A DNA stretch of 64,000 bases from Alloprevotella sp. (GTDB taxonomy: Bacteria; Bacteroidota; Bacteroidia; Bacteroidales; Bacteroidaceae): the NCBI GenBank assembly GCA_963651485.1, contig CAVJPT010000002.1, positions 138,154-202,153 of the forward strand. The letters are read 5' to 3'. Positions 1 to 9,660 of this stretch are shown one piece after another (position 1 is the first letter of the stretch; the number at the start of each line of letters is the position of its first letter). Below the pieces are notes generated by a model. The model ran no database searches. It worked only from the letters and a program-made list of their open reading frames with translations, and was not told the origin of the DNA. The position numbers were made by a program, and so were the translations under genes.

Positions 1-1968
1 AAAGGTGCGGTGTCCTTCGAAGTGGAGCGTTCCGGCAGCGAGCTGCGCCTTTCATGTATGCGTGATGCGTGGGGAAACAAACTTCCCGACGCGACGGTAC
101 GCCTTGGCGAAACGGCAAATACCCCGGCGGGACGGCTGAGTATAGTGCGCGGCTCGTCCTATGGACGCTGGGACGGCAGCACGGTAAGCGTGTACCACAT
201 GACGCGCAAAGAAGCCACAGTCCGCTATTGTGCCGAATTGGGCGTGTCCGAGTACGACAAGGAAAGCTCGCTCATTGTGCTCACTTGCCGCGACATCTCG
301 CCCAAGCGCGCGGAGGACATTCTCTCTACCTTGTACGACAGCTACAAGGAAGACGTGGTGGAAAACAAAAACCGCGTGGCGGAAAGCACAGCCCGTTTCA
401 TAGAAGAGCGCATAGCTTTGATAGGCAGCGAACTTAGCGCCGTGGAGGACAAGCTTGCCGCTTTCAAGAAGAAAAACCAGCTGCTCGATTTCGACAAGAC
501 TTCGGCGGCGGTGATAAGCGAGACTTCGGCGGCGCGCCAGCAGAGCCTGCAGGCGGAGACGCAGCTGCGTGTGGCGCAGTATGTGGGAGACTATATCGCC
601 GACAACGCCAACAGCCACGACCTCATTCCCGCGCTCAACATAGGCGATGCCTCTTTCACCCAGCAGGTAGGCGTATACAACGACGCCATGAACAAGCGCA
701 ACTCGCTTGCGGCAAACTCCAGCGAGTCGCAGGCCGTCGTGCGCGACCTTGACCGGCAGTTGCAGCAGATGAGGGCGAGCATCAATTCGTCACTGCGCTC
801 GTATATAAAGACATTGCAGCTCCGGGTGAACGATGCCCGCGCCAACGAGGCGCAGCTCACCGGCCGCGTGAACACCGCGCCCGACCAGGAAAAGAGCGGG
901 CTTGACATCCAGCGCCAGCAGTCCCTCAAAGAAGCTCTTTACACCTACCTTCTCAACAAGCGCGAGGAGGTCGCGCTGCAGCAGGCCATCAACGAGGCAA
1001 ACGTGCGGCTGGTAGAAGGACCGCTTGGCAGTGTGCGCCCCGTCGAGCCGCGCGCCACTCTCATTTTGCTTGTGGCGCTGCTGATAGGCATAGTCATCCC
1101 CTCCGCAGTGGTATGGCTTATGATTGCGTCCGACGTGACGGTGCACGGACGGTCTGACTTGGAGAAAAACACATCGATGCCCATACTTGGCGAAATTCCC
1201 CGTATGGGCGACAATGTGCCGGGCAAAATCATCACTGGGCTGCACTCCGATGCCCCGCTCGTGGAGGCTTTCCGCATACTCCGCTTTTCGCTCGGCTTCA
1301 TTCCCGGCGACCCGCGGGTGCTGCTTACGACAAGTTCGACGCCGGCGCAGGGAAAAAGTTTCGTTGCCCGCAACATGGCGGTGATACTCGCAATGGCGGG
1401 ACACAAGGTCGTGATGGTGGACGGCGACATCCGCAAGCGTACGCTGAGCAAGCGTTTTGCCGCAGGGCAGGGACTTACTTCCTATCTTGCGGGCGATATG
1501 GACGACGTGTCGGCCTTCATACGCAAAGACGGACTGGCAAAGGGCGTGGACCTGCTTCCCGCCGGGCCGCAGCCGCCCAACCCGACCGAGCTGCTTATGT
1601 CCCCGCGCTTGGGAGAAATCTTCGCGCAGCTTAGGAGCGCGTACGACTATGTCCTTGTCGACGGTACGCCTTACTTCTCCATTGCCGATGCCAGCGTGCT
1701 CGACAAGTTTGCTGACCTCACGCTCTTCGTCGTACGTGCCGGTCGCGAGCGCAGGGACTTCCTTCCCAATCTTGAGCGCATGTACAAGGAGGGCAGACTG
1801 AAGCACATCTGTACCGTGGTAAACGACGCAGACGTGAAGATATCGCGCTATGGCGGCGGCTGCGGCTACGGCTATGGCTACGGCTACGGATACGGCAGCC
1901 GGGCTTTGGATGAAGATGCACGCCGCGGCGGTATGGCCGGGAAACTGCGCAGGCTCTTCGGCAAGTAG
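1..1968 (+). CDS. wzc: Polysaccharide co-polymerase / tyrosine autokinase (Wzc/GumC family), 5'-truncated by window edge
   Basis: Frame is open from base 1. Coiled-coil region, TM segment, Walker A (PAQGKSF), DGDIRK motif, and a C-terminal Tyr cluster YGGGCGYGYGYGYGYG. Confidence 0.9.
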   Translation, partial: KGAVSFEVERSGSELRLSCMRDAWGNKLPDATVRLGETANTPAGRLSIVRGSSYGRWDGSTVSVYHMTRKEATVRYCAELGVSEYDKESSLIVLTCRDISPKRAEDILSTLYDSYKEDVVENKNRVAESTARFIEERIALIGSELSAVEDKLAAFKKKNQLLDFDKTSAAVISETSAARQQSLQAETQLRVAQYVGDYIADNANSHDLIPALNIGDASFTQQVGVYNDAMNKRNSLAANSSESQAVVRDLDRQLQQMRASINSSLRSYIKTLQLRVNDARANEAQLTGRVNTAPDQEKSGLDIQRQQSLKEALYTYLLNKREEVALQQAINEANVRLVEGPLGSVRPVEPRATLILLVALLIGIVIPSAVVWLMIASDVTVHGRSDLEKNTSMPILGEIPRMGDNVPGKIITGLHSDAPLVEAFRILRFSLGFIPGDPRVLLTTSSTPAQGKSFVARNMAVILAMAGHKVVMVDGDIRKRTLSKRFAAGQGLTSYLAGDMDDVSAFIRKDGLAKGVDLLPAGPQPPNPTELLMSPRLGEIFAQLRSAYDYVLVDGTPYFSIADASVLDKFADLTLFVVRAGRERRDFLPNLERMYKEGRLKHICTVVNDADVKISRYGGGCGYGYGYGYGYGSRALDEDARRGGMAGKLRRLFGK

Positions 1969-2101
1969 ACCGTTTCCCCGCTGACGCAGACTGCGTCCCT
2001 TTCCGCAAGCATGCTTTCCCGCACGTTCCCCTCTCGGACGGCGTAAGACACCGTCCGCCGCCGTATAAGGCAATATTGTACAATCCCGCGAGACTACGCT
2101 A

Positions 2102-3142
2102 ATGGAGCAACCGCATATCCCCAACATACTAATCATATACACGGGCGGCACCATCGGCATGATTGAGAATCCCGAGACCGGCGCGCTGGAGAACTTCGAC
2201 TTTGAGCAGTTCCGCCACTACGTGCCCGAGTTGAAGCGGTTCAACTACCACATTGACGCGCTCGCCTTTGACCCGCCGATAGACTCCAGCGACATGGAGC
2301 CGCGCTACTGGGTAAAGATGACGCGCATCATTGCCGACCACTACGACCGCTACGACGGATTCGTGCTGTTGCACGGCACGGACACGATGGCGTATACCGC
2401 GTCGGCTTTGAGTTTCCTCCTGGAAAATGTGGGCAAGCCCGTGGTGATTACCGGCTCGCAACTTCCCATCGGGCAGCTGCGCACGGACGGAAAGGAAAAT
2501 CTCCTGACGAGCATCGAGATTGCCGCCGCCCGTGACGCGTACGACCGTCCCGTGGTGCCCGAGGTGTGCATTTTCTTCGAGAGCCGCCTGATGAGGGGCA
2601 ACCGCACTACGAAGACAAACGCCGAAGGCTTCAGCGCTTTCCGCAGTTTCAATCTCCCCTCGCTTGCCCATGCGGGCATACACATCAAGTACGAAACCCA
2701 CCTCATACGCCGTCCCGCCCCCGGGGCGCGTTTCACGCCGCATTTCCTGCTTGACACCAACGTGATGATACTCACGCTCTTCCCCGGCATCCGCCGCGAG
2801 GTGGTGGACACTTGCCTTTCCGTCCCCGGCTTAAAGGCCGTCATCCTCAAGACATACGGGGCAGGCAACGCGCCTCAGAAGCCGTGGCTCGTGGACAGCA
2901 TCCGCCAGCTTGTCAACCGCGGAGTCCTTGTGGTCAACATTACGCAGTGCTACAAGGGCACGGTGGAGATGCACCGCTATGAGACGGGTCTGCAGCTTTT
3001 GCAGGCGGGCGTGGTGAACGGATACGACAGCACGGTGGAGTGCATGCTTACGAAGCTGATGTTTCTCCTCGGGCACGGATACAAGGGCGAAGAGCTTATC
3101 CGCTTGACCAATACGAGCATCTGCGGCGAGATTACAGTTTAG
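2102..3142 (+). CDS. ansA: L-asparaginase, type I (cytoplasmic)
   Basis: YTGGTIGM and HGTDTMAY asparaginase motifs, TGSQ, no signal peptide. Confidence 0.93.
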   Translation: MEQPHIPNILIIYTGGTIGMIENPETGALENFDFEQFRHYVPELKRFNYHIDALAFDPPIDSSDMEPRYWVKMTRIIADHYDRYDGFVLLHGTDTMAYTASALSFLLENVGKPVVITGSQLPIGQLRTDGKENLLTSIEIAAARDAYDRPVVPEVCIFFESRLMRGNRTTKTNAEGFSAFRSFNLPSLAHAGIHIKYETHLIRRPAPGARFTPHFLLDTNVMILTLFPGIRREVVDTCLSVPGLKAVILKTYGAGNAPQKPWLVDSIRQLVNRGVLVVNITQCYKGTVEMHRYETGLQLLQAGVVNGYDSTVECMLTKLMFLLGHGYKGEELIRLTNTSICGEITV

Positions 3143-3197
3143 ACGACAAACAACGGGCTACCGTAGCGGCAAAGCCGCTCTCCTTATAAAAGACCTT

Positions 3198-4400
3198 ATG
3201 CAGACAGACGTATACACGCGCGCCTTCGAGGCGTGGAAAGCTTTCCTGTGCGGAAAGCGTACGCCCTTTCTGTCTTTCTGCACCGTGTCGCTTGTCTGCG
3301 TGTCGCTTTCCCTCTTGTGCGGCTGCGGCGGCAAGGGCAGGGGTAGCGAGGTCAAGCTAAAAGAGATAGCGGTGCGCCGTGCCACGCTCCTCAGTATGGA
3401 GGAGGCGGACAGTTTCACTTACGTCGTGGTGCGCAATCCGTGGAAAAAGGGCGGCGGGGAACGTCTCGCCGCTTATGTCCTTGTGCCGCATGACCGCCCG
3501 GTGCCCAGTGTGCGGCCGGACGGAGTGCTGCTGCGTACGCCGCTGCGCCGCGCGGTGGTGACGACTGCGGTGCACGCGGCTCTTTTGGACGAACTGGGCG
3601 CGCTTCCGCGTGTAGCGGGTGTCACCGAGGCCGAATATATTGTTTCACCCTCGCTTCGCGAAAAGCTGGCTTCGGGCGCACTGCCCGCCTTGGGGAGTGC
3701 CTTCCGTCCCGATTTGGAGCGTCTGCGTGCGGCTAAGGCGGACGCAATGCTTGTCTCGCCGATGGAAAACTCCGGCGCGGGTGCATTGGCTGCGCTGAGC
3801 GTGCCTTTGGTGCAGTGCGCCGACTACCTCGAGACCTCTCCCCTTGGACGTGCCGAGTGGATGCGCTTCTACGGACGGCTTTTCGGCTGTGCGGAGAAAA
3901 GCGACTCTCTCTTTGCGGCAGTGGAAAGCGCGTATGAGGACTTGCGCAAGAAAGCTGCCGACGGGCGCGGGAAGGGTACGCGCCCTGTCGTGCTTTGTGA
4001 CCTCAAGACCTCTGCCGTGTGGTATCAGCCGGCAGGGAAAAGCACAATAGGGCGGATGCTTTCGGACGCCGGGGCGGCACATCCCTGGGCGGACACGCAC
4101 GAAAGCGGAAGTCTTGCGCTGGACTTGGAGACAGTCTTTGCCAAAGCGTCTAACGCGGATGTATGGCTGGCGAAATATGCTTCGCCCGTCCCGCTCACTT
4201 ACAAGACGATGGCACGCGACTGCCCGCAGTACAAACTCTTCCGCCCGTGGAAGGCACGCCGTGTCTGGGGCTGCAACACCCTTGACGTCCCCTTTTACGA
4301 AGAAACCCCGTTCCATCCCGAAAGGCTTTTGCGCGAGTGGCACGCGATATTCAATGGCAGTACTGCCCCCGGACGCTACTACCGCCCCTTGTCGGAATGA
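3198..4400 (+). CDS. ABC transporter substrate-binding lipoprotein (cobalamin/Fe-chelate, BtuF-like)
   Basis: Lipobox LLCGC; YLETSPLGRAEW motif typical of Bacteroidetes Fe/B12 periplasmic binding proteins. Start codon uncertain. Confidence 0.8.
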   Translation: MQTDVYTRAFEAWKAFLCGKRTPFLSFCTVSLVCVSLSLLCGCGGKGRGSEVKLKEIAVRRATLLSMEEADSFTYVVVRNPWKKGGGERLAAYVLVPHDRPVPSVRPDGVLLRTPLRRAVVTTAVHAALLDELGALPRVAGVTEAEYIVSPSLREKLASGALPALGSAFRPDLERLRAAKADAMLVSPMENSGAGALAALSVPLVQCADYLETSPLGRAEWMRFYGRLFGCAEKSDSLFAAVESAYEDLRKKAADGRGKGTRPVVLCDLKTSAVWYQPAGKSTIGRMLSDAGAAHPWADTHESGSLALDLETVFAKASNADVWLAKYASPVPLTYKTMARDCPQYKLFRPWKARRVWGCNTLDVPFYEETPFHPERLLREWHAIFNGSTAPGRYYRPLSE

Positions 4401-4475
4401 CGCGCCGGCGGAGCAAGCCCGTGGCTGCCCCGCTAACGCCGTCTCCGCGCTTATGTCTATATACAGGAATACGAA

Positions 4476-5219
4476 ATGAGTCTTTGGAATCACCGCACCT
4501 TGGTGCTTAATCCCCGCTTTGAGGGCTTGCGTGACTTTATGCTTTCTCTTCCGTCCCGTTTTGAGGCGGGCGAGGGGGAGGTGATTCACGACGGGCGCAA
4601 CCAGCTGCGTATCGTCCGCTACGAGGGGACGGACTATGTGGTGAAGCGCTTTGGCCGCCCCCACGTTGTCAACCGCTGGGTGTATGGCCTGTTTCGTCCC
4701 TCAAAGGCATTGCGGGCTTACCGCAACGCCCTGCTTTACCTGAAAATTGGCGTTGGCACGCCCTTCCCCGTCGGCTATCTTAATGTGCGGCGCGGCCTGG
4801 CTTTCGGGGACAGCTATTTCGTCACCCTGCGGTCCGAGTGTCCTTACCGGTACGAGCATCTGTTTTCTTTCGATGCCGCCCAAGCCGACAAGGTACTGCG
4901 CGAGGTGGGGCGCGTGACGGCGGTGCTGCACGAGCACGGGCTTGCCCACAAGGACTATGGCCGCGCCAACATCCTCTTTGCGATAGACGGGGAAGGGCGT
5001 GTGCGTCTGGACATCGTCGACCTCAACCGTATGGCCGTAGGACCGCTTGACATGCGGGCAGGGTGCAAAAATTTTGAGCGGCTTCCCGCTACGGCGCACA
5101 TGCACCGCGTGCTTGCTGAGGCATACGCCGCCGCCCGCGGTTTCGATGCGGAGGAGTGCTACCGCCTGATGCGCCGTTTCCGTAGTGTGCAGCCGGGGCA
5201 GGTTGAAGGCGAATTCTGA
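4476..5219 (+). CDS. Lipopolysaccharide/sugar kinase (Kdo/WaaP/InaA-like)
   Basis: GRN..VVKRF N-lobe, HKDYGRANILF catalytic loop, IVDLNR. Confidence 0.8.
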   Translation: MSLWNHRTLVLNPRFEGLRDFMLSLPSRFEAGEGEVIHDGRNQLRIVRYEGTDYVVKRFGRPHVVNRWVYGLFRPSKALRAYRNALLYLKIGVGTPFPVGYLNVRRGLAFGDSYFVTLRSECPYRYEHLFSFDAAQADKVLREVGRVTAVLHEHGLAHKDYGRANILFAIDGEGRVRLDIVDLNRMAVGPLDMRAGCKNFERLPATAHMHRVLAEAYAAARGFDAEECYRLMRRFRSVQPGQVEGEF

Positions 5220-5231
5220 TACGCTCACACT

Positions 5232-6155
5232 ATGGAAAAGAAAGTCTATGTGATAGCCGTGGTGGTCACCTACAACCGCCTCCCGCTCTTGCGGCGCAAC
5301 ATCGCTTGCCTGCGTGCCAATGCGCCGGTCGGGCACATCATCGTCGTAGACAACGGCAGTACGGACGGCACGGCGGAGTGGCTTGAGGGCGAGCGCGGCG
5401 AGTGCCTCACTGTCATACGCCAGGAGAATGTGGGCGGCTCGGGCGGCTTCCATCGCGGTATGGACGAGGCCGTCAAGGCCGGCGCTGACTGGGTGTGGTG
5501 CATGGACGACGATGTCTTTCCCCGGCCGGACTGTCTGGAGAAGATGCTGCCTTTCACGGCGGACGACACCCTCGGGCTTATCGCTCCGCGCAGGCTGATG
5601 GAGGGGCGGGTTTTCACCAACGACTTTACGGGCTACGACTTCGTACATCCGTTCCGCTCCCTTTACACGGGAAAGATAGGGAAAATGCCTGTACCGCCGT
5701 CCGAAGCCACGTTCATTGCCGGCACGGCGTTTGAGGGACCGCTCATCCGTGCCGCGGCGGTAGAGAAAGTGGGGCTGCCCAACCGCGACCTCTTCATCTT
5801 TTGCGACGACACCGACTACTGCATCCGTCTCTGCCGCGCAGGCTACCGCCTCCTGTCCGTGCCGCAGGCTCTGATGGACAAGGAAAAGTTTTTCAGCAAC
5901 GACACATGGGCGGAACGCAACCGCAAGAAGAAATGGAAGCGTTTCTACCAAGTGCGCAATTCCGCTTACCTCAACCACCATTACGGCCTCAACCCCTTCG
6001 TGCGCTACGGGCGCGGCTTGCTTTGCGTCTTGGGATACGCGTTCCCGGCTCTTTTCACTTGTGCCTTCTCAAAGGCGTGGAAGCTGGGCGATGTGGCAAA
6101 ACTCTGGCGGGCGTATCTTGACGGAGTCAACGAACGCTTGGGGCGCATCGGTTAG
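5232..6155 (+). CDS. Glycosyltransferase family 2, probable galactofuranosyltransferase (GlfT1-like)
   Basis: VVVTYNR, VDNGSTDGT, ENVGGSGGF, WCMDDD motifs; adjacent to glf. Confidence 0.85.
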   Translation: MEKKVYVIAVVVTYNRLPLLRRNIACLRANAPVGHIIVVDNGSTDGTAEWLEGERGECLTVIRQENVGGSGGFHRGMDEAVKAGADWVWCMDDDVFPRPDCLEKMLPFTADDTLGLIAPRRLMEGRVFTNDFTGYDFVHPFRSLYTGKIGKMPVPPSEATFIAGTAFEGPLIRAAAVEKVGLPNRDLFIFCDDTDYCIRLCRAGYRLLSVPQALMDKEKFFSNDTWAERNRKKKWKRFYQVRNSAYLNHHYGLNPFVRYGRGLLCVLGYAFPALFTCAFSKAWKLGDVAKLWRAYLDGVNERLGRIG

Positions 6156-6262
6156 GCAAACGTCACGCAAATGTTTTGCGGGCAAAGTTTCCCGCGCACT
6201 TTCGGCTTGCCCGAAGCGGGCAATGGATGGTTTTCAGATATCAGAAAAAACAATCAGGCACT

Positions 6263-7378
6263 ATGGCACAGTACGATTATCTTATTGTCGGCGCGGGACT
6301 GTTTGGCGCGGTCTTCGCCCACGAGGCTAAGAAAGCGGGAAAGTGCTGCCTCGTGGTAGAGAAGAGACCTCACACGGGGGGAAATATCCATTGCGAGAAT
6401 GTCAAGGGCATCGCCGTCCACCAGTACGGCGCGCACATCTTCCACACGTCCAGCCGCGAGGTGTGGGACTATGTCAACGCCCTTGCCGAGTTCAACCGTT
6501 TCACCAATTCGCCGCTCGCGTCCTATAAGGGGCGGCTCTACCATCTGCCCTTCAACCTCACCACCTTTTACGAGCTTTGGGGCGTACGCACCCCCGCCGA
6601 GGCACAGGAAAAGCTTGACGAGCAGCGCGGCGAGTATGCAGGCATTACGCCCCGCAACCTTGAAGAGCAAGCACTCAAACTTTGCGGGCGCGACATCTAC
6701 GAGACGCTCATAAAGGGCTATACCGAGAAGCAGTGGGGCTGTGCCGCCACCGCGCTCCCGCCTTTCATCATAAAGCGCGTGCCCTTGCGCCTCACGTTCG
6801 ACAACAACTATTTCGACGACCGCTTTCAGGGTGTGCCTGTCGGTGGATACAACAAGCTGACGGACACCTTGCTGGACGGCATAGAGGTACGCACCGGGGT
6901 CGACTTCTTCCAGCAGCGTGACGAGTTGGAAGCACTTGCGCGGCATACCGTCTTTACGGGCTGCATAGACGAGTATTACGGATACCGTGAAGGGCATTTG
7001 GACTACCGCAGTCTGCGTTTTGAGACGAAAGAGCTTCCCTTGCCCAATTTCCAAGGCAACGCGGTCATCAACTACACGGAGCGCGACGTACCCTACACGA
7101 GGGTTATCGAGCACAAGCACTTCGACCTTGACACCCCGCCTTCCGCCGTCCCTTGCACGGTGGTCACTTATGAATACCCGGACAGTTTCGCTCGCGGGAA
7201 AGAACCCTACTATCCGGTCAACGACGGGCGCAATTCGCAGGTATACGCCCGATACAAGTCTTTGGCTGAAAAAGAAAGCCGGGTGTCGTTTGGCGGGCGG
7301 CTCGCTTGCTACACCTATTCCGATATGGACGACACGGTGCTTGCGGCGTTGCAGCTAAGCCGCAAGCTGCTGGGATAA
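6263..7378 (+). CDS. glf: UDP-galactopyranose mutase
   Basis: GAGLFG FAD-binding motif, YGAHIFHT, GYTEKQWG, TRVIEHKHF, EPYYP. Start set at ATG 6263 (MAQYDYLIVG). Confidence 0.95.
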   Translation: MAQYDYLIVGAGLFGAVFAHEAKKAGKCCLVVEKRPHTGGNIHCENVKGIAVHQYGAHIFHTSSREVWDYVNALAEFNRFTNSPLASYKGRLYHLPFNLTTFYELWGVRTPAEAQEKLDEQRGEYAGITPRNLEEQALKLCGRDIYETLIKGYTEKQWGCAATALPPFIIKRVPLRLTFDNNYFDDRFQGVPVGGYNKLTDTLLDGIEVRTGVDFFQQRDELEALARHTVFTGCIDEYYGYREGHLDYRSLRFETKELPLPNFQGNAVINYTERDVPYTRVIEHKHFDLDTPPSAVPCTVVTYEYPDSFARGKEPYYPVNDGRNSQVYARYKSLAEKESRVSFGGRLACYTYSDMDDTVLAALQLSRKLLG

Positions 7379-7426
7379 GCTTTCGCAGCTTCCGTAGTCT
7401 TTCTCCAATAATCCGTCCGTCTTGCC

Positions 7427-8419
7427 ATGAAGCTTTCCGTTTTGCTTTTCCTCCTGCTTTTCCCCGCCGCGCTGCTTTTGGGCAGCGTGTGGATAGAGCC
7501 GGTAGAGGTGTGTGATGCCCTGTTTGCGCCCGAAAGAGCGGGAGAGACGGCGCGTTTCATCGTTTGGGAGGCGCGTCTTCCGCAGGCGCTTACGGCCGTG
7601 CTTTCGGGAATGGCGCTTGCGGTTTCGGGACTTGTGATGCAGAGCCTTTTTGCCAATCCGCTGGCCGACCCCTCGCTGCTTGGCGTGAGCAGCGGCGCTT
7701 CTTTCGGTGCCGCCGTGGCTATGCTTTGCGGCGGGGCGGGGGCGGCCGCAGTGGGCGTGGCGGAGTGGGGGAGCGTGCTTCTGACCGTGACGGCGGCCTT
7801 TGCGGGAGCCTTGGGCGTAATTGCGCTTCTGCTTGCGTGCAGCGCGTTGCTGCGCGGAAATCTCGCGTTGCTTATAGCCGGCGTGATGATAGGCTTTGCG
7901 TTTTCGGCCGTGATTTCGCTTATGAGTTTCCTTGCTACGGAGGACGGCCTGCACTCTTACATCCTGTGGGGTATGGGCGATTTCTCCGGGGTCGGGATGA
8001 GGCTCTTGCCGCTTTACGCCGCGCTTGTGCTTGTGCCGGCGCTTGGCGTGCTTGCCCGCCCGCATTTGCTTGACGCATTGCTTTTGGGTGACGACTATGC
8101 CGCAAACCTCGGCGTGCGGGTGCGCCGCGAGCGCACGCTGCTTCTGCTGCTTACCGGACTGCTTACCGCCTCGGTGACGGCCCTTTGCGGGCCAATCTCC
8201 TTCGTGGGGCTTGCCGTGCCACACATTGCCCGCCTCTTTTCGCGCACGGCGTTGCACCGCCGTCTGCTTCCCGCTACGTGCGTATGGGGTGCGGACGTGG
8301 CGCTGTTTTCCCTCGTCCTGACCCATTTGCCCGGCACGCGCGGCTTGCTTCCCCTTTCAGCCGTCACTCCCCTTTTAGGCGTTCCGGTCGTTTTCTATAT
8401 ACTGCTGAAAAGGCGGTAA
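7427..8419 (+). CDS. Iron-chelate/cobalamin ABC transporter permease (FecCD/BtuC family)
   Basis: RLPQALTA, NPLADPSLLGVSSGA, GPISFVGLAVPHIAR; multiple TM segments. Confidence 0.92.
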   Translation: MKLSVLLFLLLFPAALLLGSVWIEPVEVCDALFAPERAGETARFIVWEARLPQALTAVLSGMALAVSGLVMQSLFANPLADPSLLGVSSGASFGAAVAMLCGGAGAAAVGVAEWGSVLLTVTAAFAGALGVIALLLACSALLRGNLALLIAGVMIGFAFSAVISLMSFLATEDGLHSYILWGMGDFSGVGMRLLPLYAALVLVPALGVLARPHLLDALLLGDDYAANLGVRVRRERTLLLLLTGLLTASVTALCGPISFVGLAVPHIARLFSRTALHRRLLPATCVWGADVALFSLVLTHLPGTRGLLPLSAVTPLLGVPVVFYILLKRR

Positions 8420-8519
8420 GGGGGCAGTGCCGCGTGGCGAGTGGTTTTGAAAAAGTGCGAAAAATCTTTACAAATCTGCAGCCGTCTCTGGCGAAATTTT
8501 TATGAAAGTTTAAGGGTGC

Positions 8520-8748
8520 GGCTTGGGTGTTGTGGCCACTGAAAGGGGCTCCCGGGACACGGAAAGGGGCTTAGTGGAAACTAAGACCGGCCCCGTAGCG
8601 ACCAAGACCGGCTTAGTCGCTACGGGATGTACACTTTTCAGTCTTGTAAGTCGCTGATATTCAATAATGGAAAAGCGGGGATACGCAACCGTTGCGCATC
8701 CCCGCTTTTCCATACACAAAGATAATACATTTTTCTCCGTTTTCCAAA
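8520..8748 (-). repeat. Dispersed intergenic element, copy A (promoter + hairpin + IHF-like box + TGTACA + 21-bp repeats)
   Basis: 8624-8748 (reverse complement) aligns without gaps to 32631-32755, with about 16 mismatches in 125 nt by hand count. Palindrome at 8667-8713; 21-bp repeats at 8531-8635. Confidence 0.9.
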
Positions 8749-8958
8749 TCGGCTTCGGCGCTCGCCGGCGCGGCTGGACGGCTTAAAAGTGCGAAATTCC
8801 TTGACAAAACCCGTGCTTGACGTCTGCATATCCCAAACAGTTAGTCGTAAGACTTCGCTACCTGCCCCGCCGTTGGCATTGCGCCCGGATGCCTTATAAT
8901 ATATATGGCGTATGCGGCGAGGCGCACATCGTGCGGCGGGCGAGTGAAAGGTTTTTCG

Positions 8959-8966
8959 TACTTTTG
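8959..8966 (+). promoter_or_regulatory. Bacteroidetes sigma-70 -7 element (TAnnTTTG) upstream of the TlpA-like gene
   Basis: TACTTTTG about 90 nt upstream of ATG 9056. Confidence 0.55.
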
Positions 8967-9055
8967 CCGATGCAGAATAATGCCACTCAAAACGGGCCGC
9001 AGGACTGGCAGAAGGCACTTCCGCCCTTGCCCGTGCCGCCCAAAGGAAACACTAT

Positions 9056-9610
9056 ATGAGAAAAGCACTGATACTCGCCGCCGCCGCGCTGACAGTAGCG
9101 ACAGGCTGCGCCAAGCGTCCCGCCGCAGAGCCCGCAAATGCAGAAGCCGCTGCCGTGGCAGCCGCAGACTCCGCCGCATACACCGTGAAGACCATCCCCG
9201 AAAGCGTGCACGGAGCAGACATCCTGCCCGCCATTGCCAAAAACTACAAAGGCAAGGTGGCGCTCATAGACTTCTGGGCGACGTGGTGCGGTCCCTGCCG
9301 CATGGCGATGAAGCAGGTGGACGCGATAAAGCCCGAGCTTGCCAGGAAAGGGTGTGTCTTTGTCTACGTGACGGGGGAGACTTCGCCGTTTGCCGACTGG
9401 CAGCGCATGCTCCCGGGCATAGCCGGCGATCACTACCGGCTCACCGACAAGCAGTGGGGCGAATTGTGCCGCGACCTCGGCATTTCGGGCATTCCCTCCT
9501 ATCTCCTTTTGGGAAAGGACGGAGAGAAAGCGTATGACAACATCGCCGAGGGAGGCTATCCCGGCAACGAGAAGCTGCAAAACAACATTGAGGTTGCGCT
9601 GACAAAATAA
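9056..9610 (+). CDS. TlpA-family thioredoxin-like lipoprotein
   Basis: Lipoprotein signal (VATGC); IDFWATWCGPC motif. Confidence 0.88.
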   Translation: MRKALILAAAALTVATGCAKRPAAEPANAEAAAVAAADSAAYTVKTIPESVHGADILPAIAKNYKGKVALIDFWATWCGPCRMAMKQVDAIKPELARKGCVFVYVTGETSPFADWQRMLPGIAGDHYRLTDKQWGELCRDLGISGIPSYLLLGKDGEKAYDNIAEGGYPGNEKLQNNIEVALTK

Positions 9611-9660
9611 AGGGCGTTGCGGACTGGCGCGTTTTCCAGTCTTAAACAACTTTGCCGCGT

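Noticed and set aside
1846..1896. GGCTAC-type hexamer repeat as a contingency locus
   Set aside because: It encodes the normal Tyr cluster of Wzc and has synonymous variation.
3143..3197. Cobalamin riboswitch upstream of the BtuF-like gene
   Set aside because: The gap is only 55 nt and no B12-box motif is visible.
8510..8719. Small protein encoded by the dispersed element
   Set aside because: The frame is shifted in copy B by the 22-bp TGTACA unit and the ATG is absent in copies C and D. Not annotated as a CDS.
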